From the sequence record OQ067374.1: a stretch of 64,000 bases of DNA. One strand, 5' to 3'. Positions within the stretch are counted from its first letter, which is position 1, and each line of letters starts with the position of its first letter. The position numbers were made by a program, and so were the translations under genes. The notes beneath the pieces were generated by a model. It was not told the origin of the DNA. It saw nothing but the letters and a program-made list of their open reading frames with translations, and did not search any database. The DNA is from Escherichia phage a20. Positions 17,795 to 27,208 of this stretch are shown in pieces.

Positions 17795-18289
17795 TTAATT
17801 AAGGATATTAACCACAGCACTACGTGGAACTACACTAAAATCACCTGCATGAACAACGTTCAGAAGTTCAACACCATTTTCAATCCATTGGTCAGTTACC
17901 CATCCATTTACTGGACCGGCGAACGGTCGACGAATTGAAACATATTTACACAACAAATCAGTAGGCTCAATAGGCTTAATCAGAGTACCGTACATACAAG
18001 CGATATCCATATCAATACAGATGTCTTTAACGGGTTCTACTTCTTCAATCAACAGTTCAAAGTCGGTGCTTGGAAGGGCGGTAGTAGAAATTGTACCGTA
18101 TGAATTTTTAATTTCTAAGAATAACCAAGGGCCTTCAGCTTGTTTGATAAAGTTAACAATAGTGAAACTATTACCTTGAGTGGCACCTAAAATTTCACAA
18201 AACTTTTCATAAGCTCGCACTGAAGCACCGTACCAGTTGATTTGTTTTTCGTCTTTCAGGATGTAAGTAGCCGTAGTATTGATATTCAT
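17795..18289 (-). CDS. paralog C of tandem family (shares C-terminal module only)
   Basis: 164 aa; ...GWVTDQWIENGVELLNVVHAGDFSVVPRS. Confidence 0.55.
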   Translation of the reverse strand: MNINTTATYILKDEKQINWYGASVRAYEKFCEILGATQGNSFTIVNFIKQAEGPWLFLEIKNSYGTISTTALPSTDFELLIEEVEPVKDICIDMDIACMYGTLIKPIEPTDLLCKYVSIRRPFAGPVNGWVTDQWIENGVELLNVVHAGDFSVVPRSAVVNILN

Positions 18290-18318
18290 AATGTTTTTCC
18301 TGTTTGGTTAAGATAGAA

Positions 18319-18351
18319 AGATTATACTCCAACCATCCTTGGTTGTAAACT
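18319..18351 (-). promoter_or_regulatory. early promoter; 30-mer attatactccaaccatccttggttgtaaac repeated near-identically at ~60483 and ~61503
   Basis: Plus text gATTATActccaaccatccttggttGTAAAC. Confidence 0.6.
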
Positions 18352-18355
18352 GGTT

Positions 18356-19033
18356 TTATCGCTGTTTTACACTTAACGGGTCAGGATTCTCAGGGACATC
18401 TTCAAGGCCAAGCGCATAACGCTGAGCATATTTTAACATCAAAATATCTTTAGCACAATCATGAATACTATCATGGGCAACGAATCCTTTTAGCGTACCC
18501 ATCGGTAATGGACACATACTTAATCCTCGTGTCAAAGAGTAAGCTTCGATTGCCGTACGAATATCACGTTGAGCCCAGAATTTAACAGGTTCTAATTTAT
18601 CAGTATCAATATCTGGTTCAAGAACACCTTCATCACGATAGAGGTCACGAATCAAATCGACCAAGATCGGGAAGTCAAAGCTCATACCACGGCACCACAT
18701 CTGTGATTTCCATTGGTCAACTTTATTAGCTCGGCAATAGTCTAAAAAGATTTTAATGCCTTCAAGCGTAGTGACATCGTCTTCAGACGGAGCCAAGTTT
18801 TTACGCGCTTCAACCGATTGTTCTTTCCACCATTTCATAGTTGATTTAGCGAAAACTCGCTTCCCTTTCTGAGAAGCTAAATTAAATTTAATTCGCTTAC
18901 CTCGTTGAACAAGTTCTTCAAATGATTCAACAACTTCAGGGTCGGAATTATATGCAATAACCGCAAGGTCAATAACAGCCGCTTTTGATGTATTGCCGAA
19001 TGTTTCAAAGTCTATAATAACATCAGTGCTCAT
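18356..19033 (-). CDS. dexA: exonuclease A (DEDDh 3'-5' exonuclease)
   Basis: 225 aa; VIIDFETFG (Exo I motif) and ...HDSIHDCAKD; T4 DexA 227 aa; synteny next to dda. Confidence 0.85.
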   Translation of the reverse strand: MSTDVIIDFETFGNTSKAAVIDLAVIAYNSDPEVVESFEELVQRGKRIKFNLASQKGKRVFAKSTMKWWKEQSVEARKNLAPSEDDVTTLEGIKIFLDYCRANKVDQWKSQMWCRGMSFDFPILVDLIRDLYRDEGVLEPDIDTDKLEPVKFWAQRDIRTAIEAYSLTRGLSMCPLPMGTLKGFVAHDSIHDCAKDILMLKYAQRYALGLEDVPENPDPLSVKQR

Positions 19034-19042
19034 AATTTTCTC

Positions 19043-20356
19043 TCAAATAAAATGGACGTCAAAACGACCACGAGTCGTGCCGACATACAATAACTGTTTA
19101 GCTAATTCTGAATCAGCATAATGGATACACGGTGTATAAACAAAGGCCGTGTCAACAGACATACCCTGGGCCTTATGGAAGGTTGATACTGGTAGTGCCT
19201 TCACCTTAGTGAACATACGTTTAGCATCCCAGAATTCGCTCCATGGAGCTTTACCACCTTTATTCCAGAATTTGTATGTTTCTGCAGTCTTAGCCAAAAA
19301 CAAATTGAATTTATAAAGCTCTTCTTCAGAAGAAATAACCTTTATATCTTCGCGGATATATTCTTCATCATCCCCATATGTTTCTACTGTAAGATTCCAG
19401 TATCGTATCATATATTCGCCTGAAACACCACGTGCTTTAACGAATGTAGACGTTTCTACAGCATCTCGAATACGAACGAATTGCCCGTTATTGAAAAGCA
19501 TTTCGGTCATATTTTTACCATCTAGCTTATATGTCTTAGTAAATGGCTCTTGTAGAACAATGACTTCGTCTTTAATAAATGGTTTTTCTGTTTCAAGAAG
19601 TTTTCGGCGAATAATTGAATTTAACTTGTCCACCGACTTATTTGTGAATGCCATCATTCGATTTTCGAAAAGGTCTTCAGGAGTTTTAACGACGTTAAAA
19701 TAGTTCATCATATACGATTTAAGGTCTGTATATCCATGAACACCGTGTCCATCAACTACTTTATCGTAAATCCATTTGCCATTACGAATATCAGTCGCAA
19801 CATCAATAATTGGTGCATTGCTACGTTTAACTTCTGTAAGGTTGCATTGCACGAAGTCTTTGTGAGTGAAGAAAGGACTTAGATACGCAGTTGATTCGCC
19901 TGGGTCTACCGGACGAATCTGGCATCGGTCGCCGATTCCAATTACTGTACACCATTTAGGGATACTAGCTAACATTATTTTAAACAGAGAACGGTCACAC
20001 ATTGACGCTTCATCAAATAACAGTACACGGCACAAGGCTAAGTCGGGAACCTTTTTCTGTTCAAACAATACGTTTTCTTCGTATGTAGTTGGGTTGATTT
20101 TAAGAATGCTATGAATAGTCGATGCTTCTTGACCTGCAAGTTTGCTTAGAACCTTTTTAGCAGCATGTGTAGGGGCTGCTAAAATAATACCTGATTCTCC
20201 AGAAGAAATAAGGGCTTCAACGATGAATCTAGTAAGGGTTGTTTTACCTGTACCAGCAGGCCCATTAATAGTTACGTGATGTTTCTTTTCTTTAATAGCG
20301 TTCATAACAACGTTGAAGGCGTTTTTCTGGCCTTCAGTCAAATCATCAAATGTCAT
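19043..20356 (-). CDS. dda: Dda DNA helicase (SF1B)
   Basis: 437 aa; Walker A GPAGTGKTT, ...LLFDEASM (Walker B); T4 Dda 439 aa. Confidence 0.9.
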   Translation of the reverse strand: MTFDDLTEGQKNAFNVVMNAIKEKKHHVTINGPAGTGKTTLTRFIVEALISSGESGIILAAPTHAAKKVLSKLAGQEASTIHSILKINPTTYEENVLFEQKKVPDLALCRVLLFDEASMCDRSLFKIMLASIPKWCTVIGIGDRCQIRPVDPGESTAYLSPFFTHKDFVQCNLTEVKRSNAPIIDVATDIRNGKWIYDKVVDGHGVHGYTDLKSYMMNYFNVVKTPEDLFENRMMAFTNKSVDKLNSIIRRKLLETEKPFIKDEVIVLQEPFTKTYKLDGKNMTEMLFNNGQFVRIRDAVETSTFVKARGVSGEYMIRYWNLTVETYGDDEEYIREDIKVISSEEELYKFNLFLAKTAETYKFWNKGGKAPWSEFWDAKRMFTKVKALPVSTFHKAQGMSVDTAFVYTPCIHYADSELAKQLLYVGTTRGRFDVHFI

Positions 20357-20664
20357 CGTAAAGTCCCTGCAATTGGAATACTAACAATACGGCCTGTGTC
20401 CAGGATTCGTTGATACAATCTTTGCGTCTCCGCATCTAGTTTAACGTGTTTCATTTCAAGCTTATTAAACCAGAACTTACGCGGAGTTTCGACCATTCTT
20501 AGAACTCCCATTTTTAAATCTGTTTTATACTGTGTTTTCAAAGTATCGAAAACTTTATCTGCAATATCCTTTCTAAAAAATACTGCAGGACGATGCTCAT
20601 CAAGTGGAACCGGGACAGTAAATCCTTCCATATCTCGATAAACTATTGCATATACATAAACCAT
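20353..20664 (-). CDS. hypothetical protein (dda.1 position)
   Basis: ORF track, 103 aa; ATGA overlap with dda. Confidence 0.55.
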   Translation of the reverse strand: MVYVYAIVYRDMEGFTVPVPLDEHRPAVFFRKDIADKVFDTLKTQYKTDLKMGVLRMVETPRKFWFNKLEMKHVKLDAETQRLYQRILDTGRIVSIPIAGTLR

Positions 20665-20666
20665 AA

Positions 20667-21413
20667 TTAACCTTTAATCAGTTGGAATAATGATGCGCTA
20701 AGTGGTAAGCCACGTTTCAATTTTAATTTACCAATGAAACCAATCTTTTCAAAACGTTGCAGACCTTGGATAACTTTATCATATGTATCGAAAAGCGATT
20801 CAGCGTCAGTTAATTTAGTTTTAGTTTTCCAGTCAGAGCCTTTAAGAAGAACGTTGAGTTTAGTAAGTTCATGGCCTTCTGCTTGATGTGAGCCATTAAT
20901 GCGTGCTTTCAAAGCAACAATTCTAAGTTTAGATTCGTTAGATAAAGGTTGATTTTTCATCATGTTCGCCATATGCTTAACACGATTTTCACGTTTTGCT
21001 CGGATTTTTAAAATAGTACCATAAACATTTTTAATTTGGGCCCATTTCTTCTCGTCGAGATTAAGTTTCTCTACTTTACGGGCAGAAGGATTAGCAATAC
21101 GTCTTGCAACAGCGTCACGTTTCTCAATAAGTTCTTCTAGTGTTAAATCAGAACGAGCCGTGTTATATTTTTTCTTAACTGGGATAACATTACCTTTAAT
21201 GTAGCCTATATCATTATTAAAACGTTCTAAGGATAATTTCTCACCTTCAACAGAGTTATTAAAAGATTCACCTGAGTAAGCGCAGACCTTTTGATCAAGA
21301 ATGTTTTTAAGGTAATTAAAGTCTAAGTTAAAATCCTTGGAGCGTCTCTTCGCAGAAGCTCTGGTGTGGTCAAGACGACGATTGATTTTGTTAATTTTAT
21401 TATTTGATAACAT
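20667..21413 (-). CDS. basic protein in srd position (sigma-related/transcription modifier candidate)
   Basis: ORF track, 248 aa, Lys/Arg-rich; synteny between dda.1 and modA; no motif verified. Confidence 0.45.
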   Translation of the reverse strand: MLSNNKINKINRRLDHTRASAKRRSKDFNLDFNYLKNILDQKVCAYSGESFNNSVEGEKLSLERFNNDIGYIKGNVIPVKKKYNTARSDLTLEELIEKRDAVARRIANPSARKVEKLNLDEKKWAQIKNVYGTILKIRAKRENRVKHMANMMKNQPLSNESKLRIVALKARINGSHQAEGHELTKLNVLLKGSDWKTKTKLTDAESLFDTYDKVIQGLQRFEKIGFIGKLKLKRGLPLSASLFQLIKG

Positions 21414-21459
21414 AATATTTTCCTCTGTCTTACGGACGTTAAGGTCATTTAGCTGATAA

Positions 21460-21492
21460 GTCTATAATATCATGCCCTCAGGTAGTGTACAC
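21460..21492 (-). promoter_or_regulatory. early promoter (-35 TGTACA, -10 TATTAT/ATTATA)
   Basis: Plus text gataagtctATAATATcatgccctcaggtagTGTACAc. Confidence 0.5.
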
Positions 21493-21566
21493 TCTTTTTT
21501 CGTAAAATGCTTTAATTTTTTATGTGTTATAATGGTTCTGAGTTCCATCCGGTTATTCCAATTCAG

Positions 21567-22175
21567 TCAGTAACTGACAATAGACAGATTCCAGATTGTA
21601 TAACGTCCATCTTGAATAATAGAATCTACACGCAGTGTAGTCCCTATAGGGAGCATAAATTCACATTCGTCAGATATAAGTCTAGCATTAGACCGTCTTG
21701 TCGCTTCAGGGAAAGCTCCATTGAACTCACAAGATGGCGCAGCCAGAATCATGTTAAGCATATGTTCGCGGAAGTTGAAAGCAAATGGTGCATCTTTGAT
21801 GCAGAACATATTAAATGTTCCGTAAAAATTATACGAAGCAAAGTTACGTGCTACACCGAACACTGGGCTGAAGCTCATTACTCTGTCAAATTTAATAATA
21901 CTACCAATGCCTTTATCATCGAGTGTGGCCATAGTTTTCTTAGAGATTCCACGATACATTGTCTCAGGAACAGAAGACGACCAATTTCTACGAACAATTG
22001 CACTTAAATCTTGTTGGATGCTATCGGGCTTGTTTTCCATACACTGCCACAGTACACTTTGTTCAATGTCGCTGAATTGCTCATCGATTTTGTACTGAAG
22101 CATATCTTGATAATCTGGACATTGAGCACGACGAACCATTTCTTCAATTTCACACTCGTTATACGGCATAAACAT
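21567..22175 (-). CDS. modA: ADP-ribosyltransferase ModA-like
   Basis: 202 aa; ...YRGISKKTMATL...SFSPVFGVARNF...; R / S-x-S / E-type layout shared with next gene; T4 ModA 200 aa. Confidence 0.7.
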   Translation of the reverse strand: MFMPYNECEIEEMVRRAQCPDYQDMLQYKIDEQFSDIEQSVLWQCMENKPDSIQQDLSAIVRRNWSSSVPETMYRGISKKTMATLDDKGIGSIIKFDRVMSFSPVFGVARNFASYNFYGTFNMFCIKDAPFAFNFREHMLNMILAAPSCEFNGAFPEATRRSNARLISDECEFMLPIGTTLRVDSIIQDGRYTIWNLSIVSY

Positions 22176-22202
22176 TTAGGTTTCTCCTGTGGTTGATAAA
22201 GG

Positions 22203-22233
22203 TATAGTATCATCGTCTGTAGAGTTTGTACAC
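22203..22233 (-). promoter_or_regulatory. early promoter upstream of modA (-35 TGTACA, -10 TACTAT)
   Basis: Plus text ggtATAGTAtcatcgtctgtagagttTGTACAc. Confidence 0.5.
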
Positions 22234-22814
22234 TAAAAATTCAACATTTTCAAATGAATGATTTTGTATAATCGAGATAAAGGGTCATATTCTAAGTCTT
22301 CAATTTCCACAATCTCAAATCTAGAGATACCTGAGACCATGTACTCTCGTTCAGATTCAATCATATCTAGGACGTCAACACGCTTTTCTTCCATAACATG
22401 CTTAGGGTTCTTTCCGGCGAGTACAATGTTAATCATGTTTTGGTAGTAATCAAAAATGAATGGAGCATTCCTGAGACTAAGAATAGTGTACGTCTGATAT
22501 TCCCATCTCCCGGAGAATTGACGAGCTGTACTGAAATCAGTTGTGAATGATGTTACTCGTCCAGGAGACCAATGGCATCCAACAGAAAGAAGGGAAAGAC
22601 GTTCTACTTCTTCTGGAGTTACACCACGGTAGAGTTCTACTGGTACTGTAGAAGTCATATGCTTACGAACAAGATGGTCTAATTCATAGTGGAAATCCGG
22701 GTCTTCCTTAGAATCAGTGCAAGCCCAGAGAATGTTTTGTTCTTGGCGGGTGAATTTGCTATCAATCAGATTTGTTAGGTATTCACGTTCTTGAAGTTCA
22801 GATTGACATGTCAT
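22233..22814 (-). CDS. modB: ADP-ribosyltransferase ModB-like (paralog of modA)
   Basis: 193 aa; ...YRGVTPEEVERL...HWSPGRVTSFTTDFSTARQF...ESEREYMVS. Confidence 0.7.
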   Translation of the reverse strand: MTCQSELQEREYLTNLIDSKFTRQEQNILWACTDSKEDPDFHYELDHLVRKHMTSTVPVELYRGVTPEEVERLSLLSVGCHWSPGRVTSFTTDFSTARQFSGRWEYQTYTILSLRNAPFIFDYYQNMINIVLAGKNPKHVMEEKRVDVLDMIESEREYMVSGISRFEIVEIEDLEYDPLSRLYKIIHLKMLNF

Positions 22815-22869
22815 GATAGACCTCCATTTAAAGATAAGCCTATCATAACACGAGAGGAGGGAATGTAAA

Positions 22870-23037
22870 CTACTTTTTAAGCTTTCCTACTAAAGGTCCA
22901 TCAGGACCAGGTTGTTCTAACATGAATAAGGACGCTTTAAAAAGCAATGTCAACCCTTTCACCATTCGATACCATGTCTCGAAGTCTTTTTCCTTGATTT
23001 CTAGTAAGAATTTCTCTTTCATTTCCAAGGACTCCAT
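22870..23037 (-). CDS. possible small ORF (55 aa)
   Basis: Hand-translated MESLEMKEKFLLEIKEKDFETWYRMVKGLTLLFKASLFMLEQPGPDGPLVGKLKK; approx coordinates. Confidence 0.3.
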   Translation of the reverse strand: MESLEMKEKFLLEIKEKDFETWYRMVKGLTLLFKASLFMLEQPGPDGPLVGKLKK

Positions 23038-23207
23038 GGTGGAGGGTCATCATAATAAGAGGCAAGGTCTTTCAGGGCTTCAACAGGTAAACTAAAGCCG
23101 TGTCGTTGTATAATACTATCTAGTTCATCAACAAGTTCACTACGATGCACTTTAGGAGCCTCAACTTCAGGCTCGTCAAACATACTCATAAGGTCCATAT
23201 TATTCAC
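23019..23207 (-). CDS. hypothetical small acidic protein
   Basis: ORF track, 62 aa. Confidence 0.45.
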   Translation of the reverse strand: MNNMDLMSMFDEPEVEAPKVHRSELVDELDSIIQRHGFSLPVEALKDLASYYDDPPPWSPWK

Positions 23208-23664
23208 CTAAATAAAAACTAGGCTGCTCGGAGAATGTTTCTAGTGCTACACCTTTTGTCTTAAAAAATTTCCAAATGGCTCGTTGCAAATGGATTAAAT
23301 CTGCTAATGATGTAATAAAGTATTTTTTGGCAAAATACTTATGGTCTCGCTTTTCAAACAAGTCTAAACGCTTTTCAGGATTCACATAAACTGCATTTTC
23401 CGTAGATTCATACCCTAAGTCCTTTATGCCTTCTTCAAGACTAAACGGAGAATTTTTAGAATGAGTAATAGCTCCAACTCGCTCTACACGAATTTTGTAA
23501 CCTTTAGGAATCTGCAATTTGCAGAATTCTTCTACGATATATTGCGGATTATTTAGACTTTTGTTAATGAGAATAGCTATTTCTAGTGGAGTCTTATCTT
23601 CCACTGGTATATGTTTAAATGACTTGGCTTCAAGCAAATACATTTTAAATAACATAGCATCCAT
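23200..23664 (-). CDS. hypothetical protein (mrh position)
   Basis: ORF track, 154 aa. Confidence 0.5.
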   Translation of the reverse strand: MDAMLFKMYLLEAKSFKHIPVEDKTPLEIAILINKSLNNPQYIVEEFCKLQIPKGYKIRVERVGAITHSKNSPFSLEEGIKDLGYESTENAVYVNPEKRLDLFEKRDHKYFAKKYFITSLADLIHLQRAIWKFFKTKGVALETFSEQPSFYLGE

Positions 23665-23870
23665 TATAATTTCCTCGATGGTTCACCCATATAAAGTTTT
23701 ACAATACGTTCGCCTTCATCTTCGACGAGCTTTTCTTCATGTTTCTGGAATTCTTTAGCCATATTCTCTTCAAGAACATCCAGCCAATCTTCTGGACCGA
23801 CACCATCGTCCCAGCTTTTAAACCATTTAACTATCTTGTTCATTCGCAGCTCCCTGAGCTTGAACCACAA
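23664..23870 (-). CDS. hypothetical small protein (srh position)
   Basis: ORF track, 68 aa. Confidence 0.45.
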   Translation of the reverse strand: MWFKLRELRMNKIVKWFKSWDDGVGPEDWLDVLEENMAKEFQKHEEKLVEDEGERIVKLYMGEPSRKL

Positions 23871-24088
23871 TCAGAATAACTTGACCCAGAATCACCAGGC
23901 CAAGACGATACGTATGAATGATTATAACTTGAAGAGCTTGAAGCATTAACATGTTTTGTTTTTGGACGAACAACTTCTTCTATCATGCCGTCACCAATGT
24001 ATTCCCAAGCCTTTTCATGTGTATCAGGAATAGGCATCATACCTTCGCCTGGTTTAACAGCAAACAACTTCTTCAGCATCGTAAGCAT
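23840..24088 (-). CDS. hypothetical Ser-rich small protein; start placed at internal ATG with SD GAGGA
   Basis: ORF track 23840..24160 trimmed; C-terminus ...SSSSSYNHSYVSSWPGDSGSSYSDCGSSSGSCE. Confidence 0.4.
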   Translation of the reverse strand: MLTMLKKLFAVKPGEGMMPIPDTHEKAWEYIGDGMIEEVVRPKTKHVNASSSSSYNHSYVSSWPGDSGSSYSDCGSSSGSCE

Positions 24089-24281
24089 TAATTGTTCCTC
24101 GAACAAAACGAACACCACCATCATCCCAACGGATTTCGGCATTAAATTTGATGTCTTCACCGTCCATCATGAATGAGTGTACGACTACGTCGTCATAATA
24201 TCCAAGACCGTACTTTAATGAAACTTCTTGAGCAATCAAAGCACCTAATGTGTTATTAGGTTTAATCCAACGATTTAACAT
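24054..24281 (-). CDS. hypothetical small protein; start placed at internal ATG with strong SD AGGAG
   Basis: ORF track 24054..24350 trimmed to MLNRWIKPNNTLGALIAQEV... (75 aa). Confidence 0.45.
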   Translation of the reverse strand: MLNRWIKPNNTLGALIAQEVSLKYGLGYYDDVVVHSFMMDGEDIKFNAEIRWDDGGVRFVRGTINAYDAEEVVCC

Positions 24282-24343
24282 ATTGTTCTCCTCTTGAGTA
24301 AGTAAGAATATCTTAACACAGTTTTTAGTGGTTGTAAACTGTA

Positions 24344-24376
24344 GAAACAAAAAAAGGAATCCCGAAGGATTCCTTA
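24344..24376 (-). terminator. rho-independent terminator after soc (UUCG-type loop, long U-tract)
   Basis: ggaatcc-cgaa-ggattcc preceded on plus strand by aaaaaaa. Confidence 0.7.
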
Positions 24377-24382
24377 AATTAT

Positions 24383-24619
24383 TTAACCGCTTACTGGTGT
24401 AGGGGTAAACATTGCAGCGTTCTTAGTTTTCCAAGTTGCTGCATCAGAAACGACATCAGAATAAGCTGCCTTTTCTGATGGAAAGATTTGGTAATGAGAA
24501 TCTGCAATCCGATGTTCGTTTGAATAAATCTCAAACGGTACAGAAACTTCCATACCTTTAACTTCTTTGCCTTCACCAGCCGGATGTGTAAAGGTTTTGA
24601 TATTAACGTAACCACCCAT
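24383..24619 (-). CDS. soc: small outer capsid protein Soc
   Basis: 78 aa; MGGYVNIKTF...HYQIFPSEKAAYS...; recognised as T4 Soc (80 aa). Confidence 0.9.
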   Translation of the reverse strand: MGGYVNIKTFTHPAGEGKEVKGMEVSVPFEIYSNEHRIADSHYQIFPSEKAAYSDVVSDAATWKTKNAAMFTPTPVSG

Positions 24620-24650
24620 AATTAACTCCTTTGTTGTTTAATTACAGGTG

Positions 24651-24658
24651 TATTTATA
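24651..24658 (-). promoter_or_regulatory. late promoter box TATAAATA upstream of soc
   Basis: Plus-strand tatttata about 30 nt upstream of soc ATG; leader contains AAGGAG inside a taattaa...ttaatta inverted repeat; approx coordinates. Confidence 0.5.
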
Positions 24659-24664
24659 ACTTAA

Positions 24665-25186
24665 TCAGTAACCATTATCCTGACGTTCAAAGTTGTGTTG
24701 GTTTTTCAAGTAGTAAAGTTTAAAGATTTCTTCAGCGGAAAGACCCAGACCTTGGAACATATTCAGAACAAAGTGGAGGATATCAATCATCTCGAATTTA
24801 ATTTCAAGCTGGTCTTCAGGAGACAGTTCATCGATACGACGATTTCGATATTCAGCATGTTGTGCTTTCCATGGCTTCCATACAGAGCTAGCGGTTTTCT
24901 CACCATTGCTCATACCACCAAGTGAAGTCAGCAGTTCACGGAATTCATCATCAATATAATCTTTCTGATTACGCAGCCAATCAACAACATCACCAGCAGT
25001 GGCCAATTCATCAGGATGTTTGTTATGTTCAGGCTTGTCATTTGCCAGACGAACCTGTAAAGATTTCTGCATATCAAGCATTACCTGCAGTGGGTCTTTA
25101 TCTTCGTGAATCAGAGCATTAAAATAAGCTTCTTCTGCTTTATCAACACCAGAAATAAGTTGTGAACATTCGTTAAAGTGTGCCAT
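24665..25186 (-). CDS. 56: dCTP/dUTP pyrophosphatase (MazG-like dCTPase, gp56)
   Basis: 173 aa from MAHFNECSQLISGVDKAEEAYF...; longest ORF begins with a non-ATG codon 15 nt upstream; T4 gp56 171 aa. Confidence 0.85.
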   Translation of the reverse strand: MAHFNECSQLISGVDKAEEAYFNALIHEDKDPLQVMLDMQKSLQVRLANDKPEHNKHPDELATAGDVVDWLRNQKDYIDDEFRELLTSLGGMSNGEKTASSVWKPWKAQHAEYRNRRIDELSPEDQLEIKFEMIDILHFVLNMFQGLGLSAEEIFKLYYLKNQHNFERQDNGY

Positions 25187-25274
25187 TATTTTTCCTTTCA
25201 ATTCAGTATAAGAGAGTTAATTCTAACATTAATTTTATAAAGCGTAATAAATAATAGGTAACTAAGGAGATATT

Positions 25275-25463
25275 ATGTTTAAACTTCCATCGTTAATCAA
25301 CGCTATTAAAGGCAATAAAAAGAAAACTGCAATAGTTGTAGGTGGCATTATTTCATGGAACTTCGGGATTGCACCGTTGTTAGTTGCCCATGGTGTTATG
25401 GTTCCTTCTGTTCCATTGGATACTGTAGTTGATTTGGCCTTTGCTATTATAGGGCTTGTTTAA
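25275..25463 (+). CDS. small hydrophobic protein on the plus strand
   Basis: 62 aa; strong SD TAAGGAG 7 nt upstream; two predicted TM segments (AIVVGGIISWNFGIAPLLVAHGV / VDLAFAIIGLV). Confidence 0.55.
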   Translation: MFKLPSLINAIKGNKKKTAIVVGGIISWNFGIAPLLVAHGVMVPSVPLDTVVDLAFAIIGLV

Positions 25464-26482
25464 ATCTTCGAATAACGAGATAATCTCATTTTAGCATGCA
25501 ACCCACTTGAAATATTCTGTTTCATATATTCTAAAATTTCTTGTGGTGTTGCATTTTCTTTCATTACCATATCATTCACATCCTTTGATCTCCATGGAGC
25601 TCGGTCCCAGAACATGACACGTTCGTCTGCATCAACTAATCGCTTCATGCGAGCTATAGTATCCGGATGCCTAGGTTCATTATCCATTACCCATACCCGA
25701 CGTTCTTTAAATGGTACCACATCTAAATCTATTGAGCCGCCTGTAATAGCGATTGCATTGGGTATGAATAAACTATCAATAGGGCCTTCCATTACCCAGA
25801 CGTCTCCTTCCTTAACACGTTCAACACCATAAATTTTTGTTGCAGACTCAAACGCTTTAATAGTGATATATTTCTGAGGAGCATCTTTACGAAGTGCACG
25901 TCCTTGGAATGACTCAGCCTTCCCATCTTTATTAAAAATAGGAATCACTAAACGTGGTTCGTGGATCTCTTTCTTATACGTACCAGGTTGAATCTTGTTG
26001 ACCAATTTGGGCCATTCTAATGTGAACCATAATCTGTTCCATGATTCTTTAGGAATACACCGAGACTTAACATATTTCACAATAGGATGCTCTTCAGGCA
26101 ACTTGTCCAGACGAGAACAAGACGGCAAAGAATTTATAGTCTTTTTCTCTGGCTCCGGCTTAGCTTCAGGAACCTTTTCAATCTTTGGTTCCATTCTAGC
26201 TTTTTCTTTACGAACTTCCATTAGATATTCGCGATAAAGCTCTTCATCATACTCTTTTAAGTATCCGGAAATTGTATTGTGGTATTGACAGTTATAGCAA
26301 TGTACATTACCAGGAGTACCGCCATAATACCAACCGCGAGCTTTCATTGCATCTGTCTGAGAGTCGCCACAAACTGGACAACGAAACGTTAATTTAAATG
26401 TGCTTGAATTATTGATTTGTCTAAAACGAGGGAGGTGAGAAAACGCACGATAAGCAAATTCATTATCTATCCATTCAGCCAT
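25460..26482 (-). CDS. 61: DNA primase (gp61)
   Basis: 340 aa; N-terminal zinc ribbon CPVCGDSQTD...HCYNCQYH followed by TOPRIM-like region; T4 gp61 342 aa. Confidence 0.9.
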   Translation of the reverse strand: MAEWIDNEFAYRAFSHLPRFRQINNSSTFKLTFRCPVCGDSQTDAMKARGWYYGGTPGNVHCYNCQYHNTISGYLKEYDEELYREYLMEVRKEKARMEPKIEKVPEAKPEPEKKTINSLPSCSRLDKLPEEHPIVKYVKSRCIPKESWNRLWFTLEWPKLVNKIQPGTYKKEIHEPRLVIPIFNKDGKAESFQGRALRKDAPQKYITIKAFESATKIYGVERVKEGDVWVMEGPIDSLFIPNAIAITGGSIDLDVVPFKERRVWVMDNEPRHPDTIARMKRLVDADERVMFWDRAPWRSKDVNDMVMKENATPQEILEYMKQNISSGLHAKMRLSRYSKI

Positions 26483-26523
26483 AGTATTCTCCAGAGGCCT
26501 TAAATTAATTTAAGGCCATCATA

Positions 26524-27018
26524 TCACAACTTATTAATATTTACTTTAATTCGCTTTCTTTTCTTGGAAGGAATTTGGTCTGGACCTTTATTTACGACTG
26601 CACCTGTAGTTGTTCCTGATGCAATAGCTTGAGGACTGCCGCCTGAATCACCAGCAACCATATCCTCAAATAAAGGGAGTTCTTTAAATATTTCTTTCTG
26701 TTGTTCTTCCGTAATGTTATAGCGTGAAGCTACAGCACTCCAGGCAGACATCATTGAGGCCATTCCATTAAGACCCGGAACAGTGCTCATCATTCGCTTC
26801 ATTGAACGAACTGAAGCATGAAAAGGTGTATAAGCCGCTTTCTCTTCGGGAGTAGAAGGACGTTTAAGAACACTTCCACGTTCATCGATGATTTTGGCTT
26901 CGTATGCTTTCCATTCGGTAAAAGGTTTTTGCATTAGTCGAATAAACTTATATGCGTAAACAGAATCTATTGCAGTGTTAATAATACCCATAGGTACCTC
27001 CTGAGTATATTTAATCAA
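26524..27018 (-). CDS. hypothetical protein (61.1 position)
   Basis: ORF track, 164 aa. Confidence 0.5.
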   Translation of the reverse strand: MIKYTQEVPMGIINTAIDSVYAYKFIRLMQKPFTEWKAYEAKIIDERGSVLKRPSTPEEKAAYTPFHASVRSMKRMMSTVPGLNGMASMMSAWSAVASRYNITEEQQKEIFKELPLFEDMVAGDSGGSPQAIASGTTTGAVVNKGPDQIPSKKRKRIKVNINKL

Positions 27019-27208
27019 TTACAAAGATTGCTTTGTCACCATTTATATCTGTGACTTCATATGTAGTGCCTTCATACCGTGGAATATTCCAAATTACACC
27101 GTCATTAGCTTTTACGCTAATATGGCATTGGTGTTTTGAAACAACTTCATAATCTTCAAAACTTGTAAAAACACTAATTTTAGAACCAGTGCAAATTGCA
27201 GTAGTCAT
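27011..27208 (-). CDS. hypothetical small protein
   Basis: ORF track, 65 aa. Confidence 0.45.
   Translation of the reverse strand: MTTAICTGSKISVFTSFEDYEVVSKHQCHISVKANDGVIWNIPRYEGTTYEVTDINGDKAIFVID

Noticed and set aside
21522-22007. 161-aa plus-strand ORF
   Set aside because: Antisense to modA; Cys/Arg-rich junk-like composition
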